DNA of 64,000 bases from an uncultured virus (IMG/VR IMGVR_UViG_3300023210_000030). Its lineage: Duplodnaviria > Heunggongvirae > Uroviricota > Caudoviricetes > Crassvirales. Position 1 is the stretch's first letter. Each line of letters starts with the position of its first letter. This document shows positions 1 to 7,700 of this stretch, in pieces. The notes below the pieces were generated by a model. That model made no database searches, had not been told where the DNA came from, and saw only the letters and a list, made by a program, of their open reading frames with translations. Location of the stretch: the IMG/VR virus record IMGVR_UViG_3300023210_000030; one strand, given 5' to 3'. A program made the position numbers and the translations under genes.

Positions 1-5
1 AAGGT

Positions 6-476
6 TTGTTGACACGCAGTCGTGAAGAAGGATATAAAATAACTGAGTTAGGTAGATTATTTGCATCCACAGATACACGTGCATATGAGATTGAATTGTG
101 GAAAAGCAAATTCAATAAAGAAAAAGTAAGAAGTAGTAATTACCAAGATTTATATTTAGAATATAAAAATAAGTACAAAGTTCTGAAAAACCATTATGAT
201 GAAAAGAATTCTTTTGCTGATGAAATCATAACTCAGTTCGGTGAGGAATTTGCTATGTCTGATAACAAAGGAAGTTTGCAAGAATATAATGTTGCCGATG
301 ACATTAATGAAATATGCAGAACAACCAAAGCTATTGATGTTGGTGCAAAATTACAAACTTATGATGGTAATTATAATTCTCCATTAAAATCATCACCATC
401 TAATTCAATCATAAATAATTGTCTATCAAATATTCAAAATGAGATAGAGAGTATAAAACATATGTACAAAGAATAA
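6..476 (+). CDS. hypothetical protein (probably 5'-truncated by the window edge)
   Basis: 156-aa ORF at the window start, followed by a hairpin; no recognisable motif. Confidence 0.6.
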   Translation: MLTRSREEGYKITELGRLFASTDTRAYEIELWKSKFNKEKVRSSNYQDLYLEYKNKYKVLKNHYDEKNSFADEIITQFGEEFAMSDNKGSLQEYNVADDINEICRTTKAIDVGAKLQTYDGNYNSPLKSSPSNSIINNCLSNIQNEIESIKHMYKE

Positions 477-491
477 TTGTTTGTTTTTGTT

Positions 492-532
492 CCACGATTA
501 CCTCAAGTCTTGTCAGCTTGGGGTTTTCGTGG
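492..532 (+). terminator. stem-loop (terminator or RNA-processing site)
   Basis: CCACGA-tta-CCTCAAG...CTTGGGG-ttt-TCGTGG inverted repeat just after the stop at 476; no strong U-tract. Confidence 0.5.
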
Positions 533-568
533 TAGTAGGCAATAGTGCTTTAATTAAATGACAAACAA

Positions 569-799
569 ATGAAAAAATTAACTGATTCTGGAAATTTAGA
601 AATAGAAAGAAATGATGTGATTAGATTCACAGAAGTAACTCCAAATAATTTTTGGACTATAAAATGGGAACGTGGAAGTGGTTACGCATATAAAAGTAAA
701 AATGATAGTTGTGTTGGACACGTTAATAAAGATTGGTTGCTTTGGATGATTAAAAAAGGAAGTGCAGAGTTAATCAAGGCAAAAACCACAAAAAAATAA
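569..799 (+). CDS. hypothetical early protein
   Basis: 76-aa ORF with ATG, A-rich leader and a downstream terminator. Confidence 0.7.
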   Translation: MKKLTDSGNLEIERNDVIRFTEVTPNNFWTIKWERGSGYAYKSKNDSCVGHVNKDWLLWMIKKGSAELIKAKTTKK

Positions 800-810
800 A
801 ATAATTTAAG

Positions 811-852
811 GCACGATTTCGTATCCATTTGGGTACGTTTTCGTGTTTTTTC
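811..852 (+). terminator. intrinsic terminator
   Basis: GCACGA-ttt-CGTATCC-attt-GGGTACG-ttt-TCGTG followed by a T-run. Confidence 0.7.
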
Positions 853-864
853 ATATATTACAGA

Positions 865-917
865 TTACGTGGACTTACGTGGACTTACGAGCTCACGTAA
901 TTTACGTGGACTTACGA
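865..917 (+). repeat. 10-bp tandem, iteron-like repeats (TTACGTGGAC)
   Basis: GGACTTACG at 871, 881 and 908, with an inverted CACGTAA at 894-900, followed by an AT-rich tract. Confidence 0.85.
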
Positions 918-1007
918 AAAGATCTGAAAATAAAATTAACTTATATATTAGGTTATTAAGTATTTATTATGTAGTTTAGCAATACTTATTAATTAAATTG
1001 AATTAGA

Positions 1008-1235
1008 ATGAAAACAACGCACCACACTTACGAGTACGATTTGTCTGAAAACAATATTGTTATTGTACATTATGAGCTCTACAAACAAGAAGAAAGTTAA
1101 GACAGATTAACACCTTCAATGGAAACTATAGAAATAATAAAATTAATGCTTAATGGCGAAGATGTGACTTACGAATTAGAAATGTTTTCGTTTGAGAACA
1201 TAGAGTCTAACATAGAAATAAATTTACAAAAATGA
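1008..1235 (+). pseudogene. small early gene interrupted by one in-frame TAA (mutation or base-call error)
   Basis: Hand translation MKTTHHTYEYDLSENNIVIVHYELYKQEES*DRLTPSMETIEIIKLMLNGEDVTYELEMFSFENIESNIEINLQK; TAA at 1098-1100; terminal TGA overlaps the ATG of the next gene (ATGA). Confidence 0.7.
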
Positions 1236-2014
1236 AAATATTAGAATTATTTAGTGGTAGCCGTTCTATTGGAAAGGTTGCCGACTCAAGAAACCACCAC
1301 GTTTTTTCTGTAGACAACGTAGACTATCCAAATACAGATTGGACAGGTGATATATTAGATTGGGACTACCGACTTAATGAAATGAATGTAGGTGAATTAG
1401 ATGAGTTCTATATTCCAGATATGATTTGGGCATCTTGTCCTTGCACCGACTTTTCAGTAGCTTGTATAGGTAAGAAATGGGTTAGTGGACACGAGTTTAA
1501 ACCAAGAGATCCTAATCTTTTAGGCATAGAATTACTCAATAAAACCATAGAAATAATCCAATTTTACTTAGAAAAAAATCCAAACTTAATATGGTTTGTA
1601 GAAAATCCACGTGGTAAAATGAGAAAGTCACCAATGTGGAAAACGATTGAACATCAGAGACATACGGTAACATATTGTTCTTATGGAGACTCAAGAATGA
1701 AGCCTACAGACATATGGACTAATGCATATAATTGGACACCAAAAACAATGTGTAAGAACTTCAAATACAATAATAAAGGAGAGGTTATTAATAGACATTG
1801 TCATCACGATGCATCTCAGCGTGGTAGTACTGTGAGAAAATTACGAGCTCAAGGTATTGATGCAGTAAAAAGAGGAACAGAGTCTTTAAAAAATAATCAC
1901 GAGAGAAGTAAAATTCCTCAAGAATTATGTGAAGAAATAGTATCTGTTATGGAGCATGAGTTACAAGAAATCAGACAAGATGGATGGCTAAGTATAGCTA
2001 AAAGAATATTATAA
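1232..2014 (+). CDS. C5-cytosine DNA methyltransferase (compact phage type)
   Basis: Motif I ILELFSGSRS, catalytic motif IV WASCPC, motif VI FVENP, YCSYG..RMKPTDIW. Confidence 0.85.
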   Translation: MKILELFSGSRSIGKVADSRNHHVFSVDNVDYPNTDWTGDILDWDYRLNEMNVGELDEFYIPDMIWASCPCTDFSVACIGKKWVSGHEFKPRDPNLLGIELLNKTIEIIQFYLEKNPNLIWFVENPRGKMRKSPMWKTIEHQRHTVTYCSYGDSRMKPTDIWTNAYNWTPKTMCKNFKYNNKGEVINRHCHHDASQRGSTVRKLRAQGIDAVKRGTESLKNNHERSKIPQELCEEIVSVMEHELQEIRQDGWLSIAKRIL

Positions 2015-2427
2015 ATAAATTAAAATTAAATAAAATGGGATACAGAAGTAAAGTAATTATAGGAGTAAAAAGTGGAGAGTTATCAAAAGAATTTGATAAC
2101 ATACTAAGAAAACATGATTTTAATACAAAAGATAATGTTATGTTAAAAAAGGATGATTGTCTAAAAATACATACCGAAAATGATGGAATGAAATTTTATA
2201 CATTCAATTACATTAAATGGTACGAGTCAGATGATTGGTGTAAAGAGATTGTTGATTGGTTATGGAAAGTAAATAATGTAATAGGAATAACAGATTCAGA
2301 TGTTTTCTGTATAGGACTTGGAGAAGATGGACAATTACATTCTGAAATAGGAGATCCTTATGAGTATGTAGAGCAAATTAGTGAAATTAACTTAATAGAT
2401 TAAATAAATTAAAATTAAATAAAATGG
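2012..2427 (+). repeat. 27-bp perfect direct repeat flanking one gene
   Basis: TAAATAAATTAAAATTAAATAAAATGG at 2012-2038 and 2401-2427. Confidence 0.85.
2035..2403 (+). CDS. hypothetical phage protein (MGYRS...KWY...IGLGED type)
   Basis: 122-aa ORF with an N-terminal MGYRS motif of a kind recurrent in phage early regions. Confidence 0.8.
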   Translation: MGYRSKVIIGVKSGELSKEFDNILRKHDFNTKDNVMLKKDDCLKIHTENDGMKFYTFNYIKWYESDDWCKEIVDWLWKVNNVIGITDSDVFCIGLGEDGQLHSEIGDPYEYVEQISEINLID

Positions 2428-2690
2428 AAAAAAAAGAAAATGTGTATATTGACAATAGCAGATTTATGGAATTTATAGATGAAATTGTTACACAAATGTT
2501 AGAATTAGAATTTGAAGAATATTATAATAATACAGGATTTGACAATGTTAAAGACAGAGCATACACTTTAACAGATGAAGCAGAGGATTTTTATAATGAA
2601 CGATATGGTGAAATAGAGACAATGGCTAATAAAATAATGGGAGTGTATAAACACAGTGATATGATTACGCATATTTACCCTATTAAATAA
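2424..2690 (+). CDS. hypothetical acidic protein
   Basis: 88-aa ORF with the same leader as the previous gene. Confidence 0.75.
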   Translation: MEKKENVYIDNSRFMEFIDEIVTQMLELEFEEYYNNTGFDNVKDRAYTLTDEAEDFYNERYGEIETMANKIMGVYKHSDMITHIYPIK

Positions 2691-2703
2691 AAAAATTATA
2701 AAT

Positions 2704-2844
2704 ATGAAAGATTACATAGAAAAATATATACTACCCTACGACACTTATGAAAATCAATTATCTTATGAAAGAGGAGAATTAGAATATGATATAGATTATG
2801 TCAAAGAACATATGGAATATAATGAATTATATAAAAATAAATAA
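2704..2844 (+). CDS. small hypothetical protein (46 aa, not in ORF track)
   Basis: Hand translation MKDYIEKYILPYDTYENQLSYERGELEYDIDYVKEHMEYNELYKNK; fills the gap between neighbours. Confidence 0.6.
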   Translation: MKDYIEKYILPYDTYENQLSYERGELEYDIDYVKEHMEYNELYKNK

Positions 2845-2845
2845 T

Positions 2846-3004
2846 ATGGAATTTAAAATAACAATAATATTATCTCACATAGAAAATCAATCTGTGGAAG
2901 ATATGGAATTAAATGCACAAAACTATATTAAAGAGTTCATAGAAGATGATGAGCTCTATATAGAAAGCATAGAAAATATAACTATTAATAAAAAAAAATT
3001 ATGA
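2846..3004 (+). CDS. small hypothetical protein
   Basis: Track ORF 2798..3004; ATG at 2846 directly follows the upstream stop and is the likelier start; ATGA overlap with the next gene. Confidence 0.6.
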   Translation: MEFKITIILSHIENQSVEDMELNAQNYIKEFIEDDELYIESIENITINKKKL

Positions 3005-3195
3005 AAGTAAAAAACCCAAGAAAAGAAATGATAGATTTTATAATGGAGTATGCTGGAGATGAAATAGAATCTATTAATGATGCTTTAAAAATAGCAAAGA
3101 TGACAGATAAAGAATTGAAAGATGATATTGATAATATAATAGAATATTATAAAAGAGAGCATAAGAAAATAATAGAATATAATAAAAGAAAATAA
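3001..3195 (+). CDS. hypothetical protein
   Basis: 64-aa ORF, translationally coupled to the previous gene. Confidence 0.7.
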   Translation: MKVKNPRKEMIDFIMEYAGDEIESINDALKIAKMTDKELKDDIDNIIEYYKREHKKIIEYNKRK

Positions 3196-3205
3196 TTATG
3201 AAGTA

Positions 3206-3260
3206 AGTTTGATTAAATCAAACTAACATCAAACATCAAACTAAATAAATATTAACTTTG
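3206..3260 (+). promoter_or_regulatory. Bacteroidota sigma70 promoter with upstream operator-like repeats
   Basis: -7 box TAACTTTG at 3253-3260; palindrome AGTTTGAT-taa-ATCAAACT at 3206-3224 plus two more ATCAAAC copies at 3228 and 3235. Confidence 0.65.
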
Positions 3261-3274
3261 TTTTAAAAATAATT

Positions 3275-3910
3275 ATGAAAAAATTTATAGTTTCTATTTC
3301 GTGTGATTCTAAAAGTGGATTATATGGGATAAGAGAAAAAGATCGTAATCCTACTACAATAGTTGAAGTAGTAGATGCTCATAGTGAATACTCAATTTTA
3401 CTTAAAAATCTTAACAAGTATAAAAAAGGTGAGAATATTTATTTCTGGAAAACTTATGCTAAACCTATTAAATTTTTATCTCAAGATTATAACCCCAAAG
3501 ACAATGTTGCACATAGATTAAAAAACATTCCATATACACATTTTTATTATATAGAAGACAACAAACTATATATTACTGATGGTTATGTACAGCAAGTTAT
3601 TGTTGTTGTTCCATTTCACACAGATATTTATTCGGTAGCTGTTGATATAGACACTTTAGATCCTAAATTTTTATCTTATGAAATACATACTGCTTTAATT
3701 TCTAATGTAGAAAACATTACAAAGATGTATAATGATTATAATGGACTTACGAGCTCATATGAATATCTTCACAATTCTAATAATATTAGAATACCAAATG
3801 AAAAAATTGATTATAATAAATTTAATTACAAAACAGGAATGGTAAGAGGAGACAGTCATAAGTTTCAAGAAAAAGAAAACTTTTTACATATTGATTTGGT
3901 TGTTAACTAA
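3275..3910 (+). CDS. hypothetical protein
   Basis: 211-aa ORF behind its own promoter; no motif recognised. Confidence 0.8.
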   Translation: MKKFIVSISCDSKSGLYGIREKDRNPTTIVEVVDAHSEYSILLKNLNKYKKGENIYFWKTYAKPIKFLSQDYNPKDNVAHRLKNIPYTHFYYIEDNKLYITDGYVQQVIVVVPFHTDIYSVAVDIDTLDPKFLSYEIHTALISNVENITKMYNDYNGLTSSYEYLHNSNNIRIPNEKIDYNKFNYKTGMVRGDSHKFQEKENFLHIDLVVN

Positions 3911-3949
3911 TTATTATGTATTTTTAAAGTCTGAATTATTATTTTATTA

Positions 3950-4140
3950 AAGGGTTAAGTCTATCAGAGGACTTATTAAATGAGGATCTATTTGTGATCA
4001 ATGCCCAAGCAAGTTAAGTACAGTCACAGATTACCCGAAAAGTAATATTACGGCTGAGACACTTGCAAAACACGAGTTGATGTTAGGCTAAATCAACAAT
4101 GTAATTAGAAACTGTATGGCGTGTTTCTTTCTCGTTTTTT
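3950..4140 (+). ncRNA. candidate structured non-coding RNA (family not recognised)
   Basis: Intergenic, GC-richer than its flanks; nested stems TAAGTC/GACTTA, GCAAGT/ACTTGC enclosing CAGTC/GGCTG and ATTAC/GTAAT, AAACACG/CGTGTTT enclosing GTTGAT/ATCAAC; ends in a T-run. Confidence 0.5.
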
Positions 4141-4161
4141 TATTAACTAATTAAATTAAAA

Positions 4162-4338
4162 ATGGATAAAGAATATTATAAAAAAGTAAGTAACTATAGA
4201 TATAGGGTTTTAAACTATAATGACTGGAAACAGTATATTGAAGAAGAATATAAAAAAACAGCTATAAAAAATATAGATAAAAAAGCTAAAAAACAAAGAG
4301 CTCAAGTTAAAGACAGTCCTTTAAATTTTTGTTTGTAA
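4162..4338 (+). CDS. small hypothetical protein (58 aa, not in ORF track)
   Basis: MDKEYYKKVSNYRYRVLNYNDWKQYIEEEYKK...; TTAAATTAAAA leader. Confidence 0.65.
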   Translation: MDKEYYKKVSNYRYRVLNYNDWKQYIEEEYKKTAIKNIDKKAKKQRAQVKDSPLNFCL

Positions 4339-4478
4339 TGAAAGAGATCAATCAATTAATCAGTGAGGAAAAGTTAAAACCTAATCCAAACAGAAGTTTG
4401 ATTCAAAAGTTACAGCAACAATTAGACAGAATAATAAAAAATAAACAAGAGGGAGAGGACACAACGTCCAAAAAATAA
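4338..4478 (+). CDS. small hypothetical protein (46 aa, not in ORF track)
   Basis: MKEINQLISEEKLKPNPNRSLIQKLQQQLDRII...; TAATG coupling to the previous ORF. Confidence 0.55.
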   Translation: MKEINQLISEEKLKPNPNRSLIQKLQQQLDRIIKNKQEGEDTTSKK

Positions 4479-4673
4479 CTCAATTAGATTTGAAGTTAAT
4501 TTTCTTTCTAACTCTCTCTTGTTTTTAACTTAAAATAGCTGGGAATAATCCCTAACCTTATTGGGTATGTAAGAGTATCCTTAATATTAAATGTTTAGCT
4601 ATTTTAAACCATAAAGGGAGGACATAAACGGCATAAGCCAACAATAAGTTAATACTATTGTCCTCCTTTTATG
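4443..4673 (+). ncRNA. three consecutive multibranch stem-loops
   Basis: Closing stems 4443-4455/4512-4524 (13 bp), 4530-4540/4597-4607 (11 bp) and 4610-4624/4659-4673 (15 bp), each with short internal hairpins. Confidence 0.55.
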
Positions 4674-4691
4674 TAAATTAAATTAAATTAA

Positions 4692-4928
4692 ATGAACGAA
4701 TTATCACAATACTTTGTAGAGCAGTGCAAATCAGCACGAGATCTTAAACTTTACAACATAAAAAACAGATTAAACTTAATAGAGTTTGATAGTTTCTTTA
4801 AAGAAACAAACAAACATATGGTGAATAATAGGCTTATGGAAATTACTCCTAATTATAGAAAAACTGATTTTTCTCGCCCTAAACCAATAAAAAATTGTCT
4901 AAATTACTTAAAACTAAAAAAATATTAA
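4692..4928 (+). CDS. hypothetical protein
   Basis: 78-aa ORF with a (TTAAA)n leader. Confidence 0.7.
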   Translation: MNELSQYFVEQCKSARDLKLYNIKNRLNLIEFDSFFKETNKHMVNNRLMEITPNYRKTDFSRPKPIKNCLNYLKLKKY

Positions 4929-4929
4929 A

Positions 4930-5184
4930 ATGAGCAAAAAAATTGATTTTAAAGATGTTGTTGATGTTCCTAATTATTATATAGGAGACACATACAGAGA
5001 GGGTTACTATCAAGCAAGGTATGTTGTAGAAGATTTTAATTGCACTTGGAACATTGGAAATGTTGTGACTTATTGTCTAAGGAGCTCTGAGAAACACGAG
5101 TCTCCAATAGAGTGTTTGCAAAAATCTATAAATCATCTTAAGTTTGAAATAGAGAGATTAGAAAAATTAAATAAAAAAAAATAA
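4930..5184 (+). CDS. DUF3310-like protein
   Basis: DVPNYY...NIGNVVTYCLRSSEKH...ECLQKSINHLKFEI pattern resembles DUF3310. Confidence 0.7.
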   Translation: MSKKIDFKDVVDVPNYYIGDTYREGYYQARYVVEDFNCTWNIGNVVTYCLRSSEKHESPIECLQKSINHLKFEIERLEKLNKKK

Positions 5185-5185
5185 A

Positions 5186-5479
5186 ATGAAGAAAGAAATA
5201 TTTGATAAATATGCCTCATTAGTCGCTGATCAGTTTTTTATAAAATTGGAAGATATGTTTTCAAAATCACGTGTTCATCCACGTCCAGAGGCAAGACAAA
5301 TGCTTTACTATTTAGCTTTTGAGCGCCCAATTAAAATAGGCAGTATTAGAAGATTTATGGAGGAAAACGGTCTTCCTGTTCAGCATAACACCGTTATGAA
5401 AGGTTATGAAAAAGCAAAAAAATCGGTAGAGCAAGACAAAGATTATAGAGAATTTATAAAAAAAATATCTAATGTATAA
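5186..5479 (+). CDS. DnaA C-terminal (domain IV)-like HTH DNA-binding protein
   Basis: MFSKSR...EARQMLYYLA...HNTVMKGYEK resembles the DnaA domain IV signature. Confidence 0.65.
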   Translation: MKKEIFDKYASLVADQFFIKLEDMFSKSRVHPRPEARQMLYYLAFERPIKIGSIRRFMEENGLPVQHNTVMKGYEKAKKSVEQDKDYREFIKKISNV

Positions 5480-5864
5480 TAAGGAAGATTTATTCTCTCA
5501 GGCTATGGAAGGTAACAATATAAAATTTGAAAAGATTAGTGGTATAAGTTTAATAAATACAGGTTTTAAAATTAGTAAGTACTTAAGCAAAATAGAAATT
5601 TTAAATTGTTCTAAAAGTGGTGATTATTACCAAGAACTTACCGAGCATGAATACAATATATTATATAAAAACGGATGGGAAAAAGGATGCAGACTACTGG
5701 CTTTAGATAATTGCAAACGTAAGGCAGAGCTCATTCAAGATAAAATGAAAAAAGAAGTAAACACAAGAAAAAATGATAAGTTTATTAAGAATTTAAAAAA
5801 TAAAAGAGATCTTATTATGCAAAAATATTCTTATCATTCAAATAAACTAACTAAATTAAATTAA
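5472..5864 (+). CDS. hypothetical protein
   Basis: 130-aa ORF overlapping the upstream stop. Confidence 0.75.
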   Translation: MYNKEDLFSQAMEGNNIKFEKISGISLINTGFKISKYLSKIEILNCSKSGDYYQELTEHEYNILYKNGWEKGCRLLALDNCKRKAELIQDKMKKEVNTRKNDKFIKNLKNKRDLIMQKYSYHSNKLTKLN

Positions 5865-5869
5865 ATAAA

Positions 5870-6445
5870 ATGGAAAAGAAAAACATTTACAAAGCTCTTG
5901 CTAAATTTCAACAAGAAGTACCTGTTCTTTTAAAAGGAACAGATGGTTATGGATACAAGTACATACAACTTGAACACATAATTGCACAAATTAATCCTTT
6001 ATTAAAAAAACATGATCTTGGATTTACTCAGTTAATTGATGGTAGTGGACTTACGACCGTTTTGTTTCATCATCCATCAGGAGAAGATATTTCTTCTTCT
6101 TGCATAATTCCTGAATGCGATATGAAAGGTATGAACAAGTTTCAATCAGCAGGAGCAGGGATTACTTATTTTAGAAGATATGCATTGTCTTCTATGTTAG
6201 GAATTATAAGTGACCAGGACACAGATGCAAAAGTATATACTACTGTAGCCCCTAAAATAAAAGTTAAACCTGAAGAGGCAACTAAAGTAACATTAGAAGT
6301 AGATTCTAAAGATTGGATTAACGTATTAAAGTATATTTCTAAATCTGAAATTAAAGCATTGGGATTGCCTGTTATTGTAGAGCAATTACAACAGAAATTT
6401 AAAATCACTGCTACAACAAAAAAGGAGCTTGCTAAGCATATATAA
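5870..6445 (+). CDS. erf: ERF-family single-strand annealing protein
   Basis: IYKALAKFQQE...YKYIQL...PLLKKHDL; ERF motif QSAGAGITYFRRYALSSMLGI...DTD. Confidence 0.9.
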   Translation: MEKKNIYKALAKFQQEVPVLLKGTDGYGYKYIQLEHIIAQINPLLKKHDLGFTQLIDGSGLTTVLFHHPSGEDISSSCIIPECDMKGMNKFQSAGAGITYFRRYALSSMLGIISDQDTDAKVYTTVAPKIKVKPEEATKVTLEVDSKDWINVLKYISKSEIKALGLPVIVEQLQQKFKITATTKKELAKHI

Positions 6446-7194
6446 TGGAGTTCTTTGATTTAGTAGAGGTTATTAATAAACTTAAAGATGACAGTCTGTA
6501 TTATGGTGATTACGGAAAGCAATGGCTTTCTAATTCTGATATAGGCACATTGATTAATAATCCTAAACAATTTAGGAAGCCTCAAGAAGAAACCAAGGCA
6601 ATGATTGAAGGCAGATACTTTCATACAGCTATGTTAGAGCCTCACAAATTAGATGACTTTATAGTTTTAGATTTAGCAAGTAGAAATACAAAAGCTTACA
6701 AAGAATATGTCATAAACAATGATAAGAAAATTTATTTATTAATAAAAGAAGTGCAGAATTTAAATACCATTGTAGAGGTAATGAAGTCAAACACAGTAAT
6801 GATGTTAAACATATATAATAAGAAAAATTACTTTGAAGTTCCTATGATTAAAGAAATATGTGGGATAGAGTGGAAAGGTAAGGCTGATATTGTATGTGCT
6901 GATAGGCTGATAGATATTAAAACCACATCTGATATATCAAAATTTAAGTTTTCAGCTCGTAAATACAATTATGATAGTCAAGCATACGTGTATCAACAAT
7001 TGTTCGGTAAACCTCTTGTATTCTACGTTATAGACAAGTTAACACACGATTTAGGAATATATGAGCCATCACAAGACTTTTTAGAACGTGGTAGAGAAAA
7101 AGTAGAAAAAGCAGTTGAGATATACAATAAGTTTTATGGACCAAGTGCAGATCCTGCAAATATTAAACAATACATTCATTATGAAACATTATAA
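6445..7194 (+). CDS. RecE/exonuclease VIII-like PD-(D/E)XK exonuclease (DUF3799)
   Basis: LSNSDI, AMIEGRYFHTAMLEP, WKGKADI...IDIKTT, YNYDSQAYVY; adjacent to ERF. Confidence 0.85.
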   Translation: MEFFDLVEVINKLKDDSLYYGDYGKQWLSNSDIGTLINNPKQFRKPQEETKAMIEGRYFHTAMLEPHKLDDFIVLDLASRNTKAYKEYVINNDKKIYLLIKEVQNLNTIVEVMKSNTVMMLNIYNKKNYFEVPMIKEICGIEWKGKADIVCADRLIDIKTTSDISKFKFSARKYNYDSQAYVYQQLFGKPLVFYVIDKLTHDLGIYEPSQDFLERGREKVEKAVEIYNKFYGPSADPANIKQYIHYETL

Positions 7195-7384
7195 AAAAAT
7201 ATACTTTGTCTTTAAGGCATTGTATGTAAAATTAAAAGATTATCTTTCAATCCTTCGTAAAAAAAGGAAAAAAAGAGAAAGATTTATAGTAGAAGTTCCA
7301 ACTACTATGGAAAGTGAAAGCGATAAAAATAAACTTATGGCTGACATTTTAGACATTTTGGAACATCAAATTAAATTACATTAA
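7181..7384 (+). CDS. hypothetical protein
   Basis: Track ORF 7115..7384; in-frame ATG at 7181 is the likelier start. Confidence 0.6.
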   Translation: MKHYKKIYFVFKALYVKLKDYLSILRKKRKKRERFIVEVPTTMESESDKNKLMADILDILEHQIKLH

Positions 7385-7385
7385 A

Positions 7386-7649
7386 ATGGAAGATAAAAAA
7401 ATTTTTGTTGGATCAGGTATATCAAAGTTTGAAGGAAATCTTGTGTCTTGTAGTATATGTCTTTCTGATTTACCGTCAGAGCATATATTTGAATACAATT
7501 CTAAGAAATACATTAAACTGAATGTCCAAAAGAAAAAAGAACAAGATCAGTATGGTAAAACACATTCTGTATCTATTGACACTTGGAAACCTGAAGCTAA
7601 AAAAGAGCCTGTACCAGCTGTTAATTCCAGCGATGACTTACCTTTTTAA
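7386..7649 (+). CDS. putative single-stranded DNA-binding protein
   Basis: Small beta-rich protein with an SSB-type acidic C-terminus DDLPF; recombination context. Confidence 0.65.
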   Translation: MEDKKIFVGSGISKFEGNLVSCSICLSDLPSEHIFEYNSKKYIKLNVQKKKEQDQYGKTHSVSIDTWKPEAKKEPVPAVNSSDDLPF

Positions 7650-7662
7650 AGGTATTTAAAAT

Positions 7663-7700
7663 ATAGAGGGAAGGGATAGTTTCTTTTCCCTCTATTTTTA
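7663..7700 (+). terminator. intrinsic terminator
   Basis: ATAGAGGGAAGGGA-tagtt-TCTTTTCCCTCTAT followed by a T-run. Confidence 0.8.

Noticed and set aside
865..917. CRISPR array
   Set aside because: Repeats are 10 bp and tandem, with no unique spacers and no cas genes
2798..2845. Track start of ORF 2798..3004
   Set aside because: It overlaps the 2704..2844 ORF; the ATG at 2846 fits gene packing better
3950..4140. Hammerhead ribozyme or tmRNA
   Set aside because: No CUGANGA...GAAA core on either strand and no tRNA-like tmRNA termini
4443..4673. tRNA genes
   Set aside because: Size is similar, but there is no GTTCRA T-loop, no 7-bp acceptor stem with CCA and no canonical D-arm
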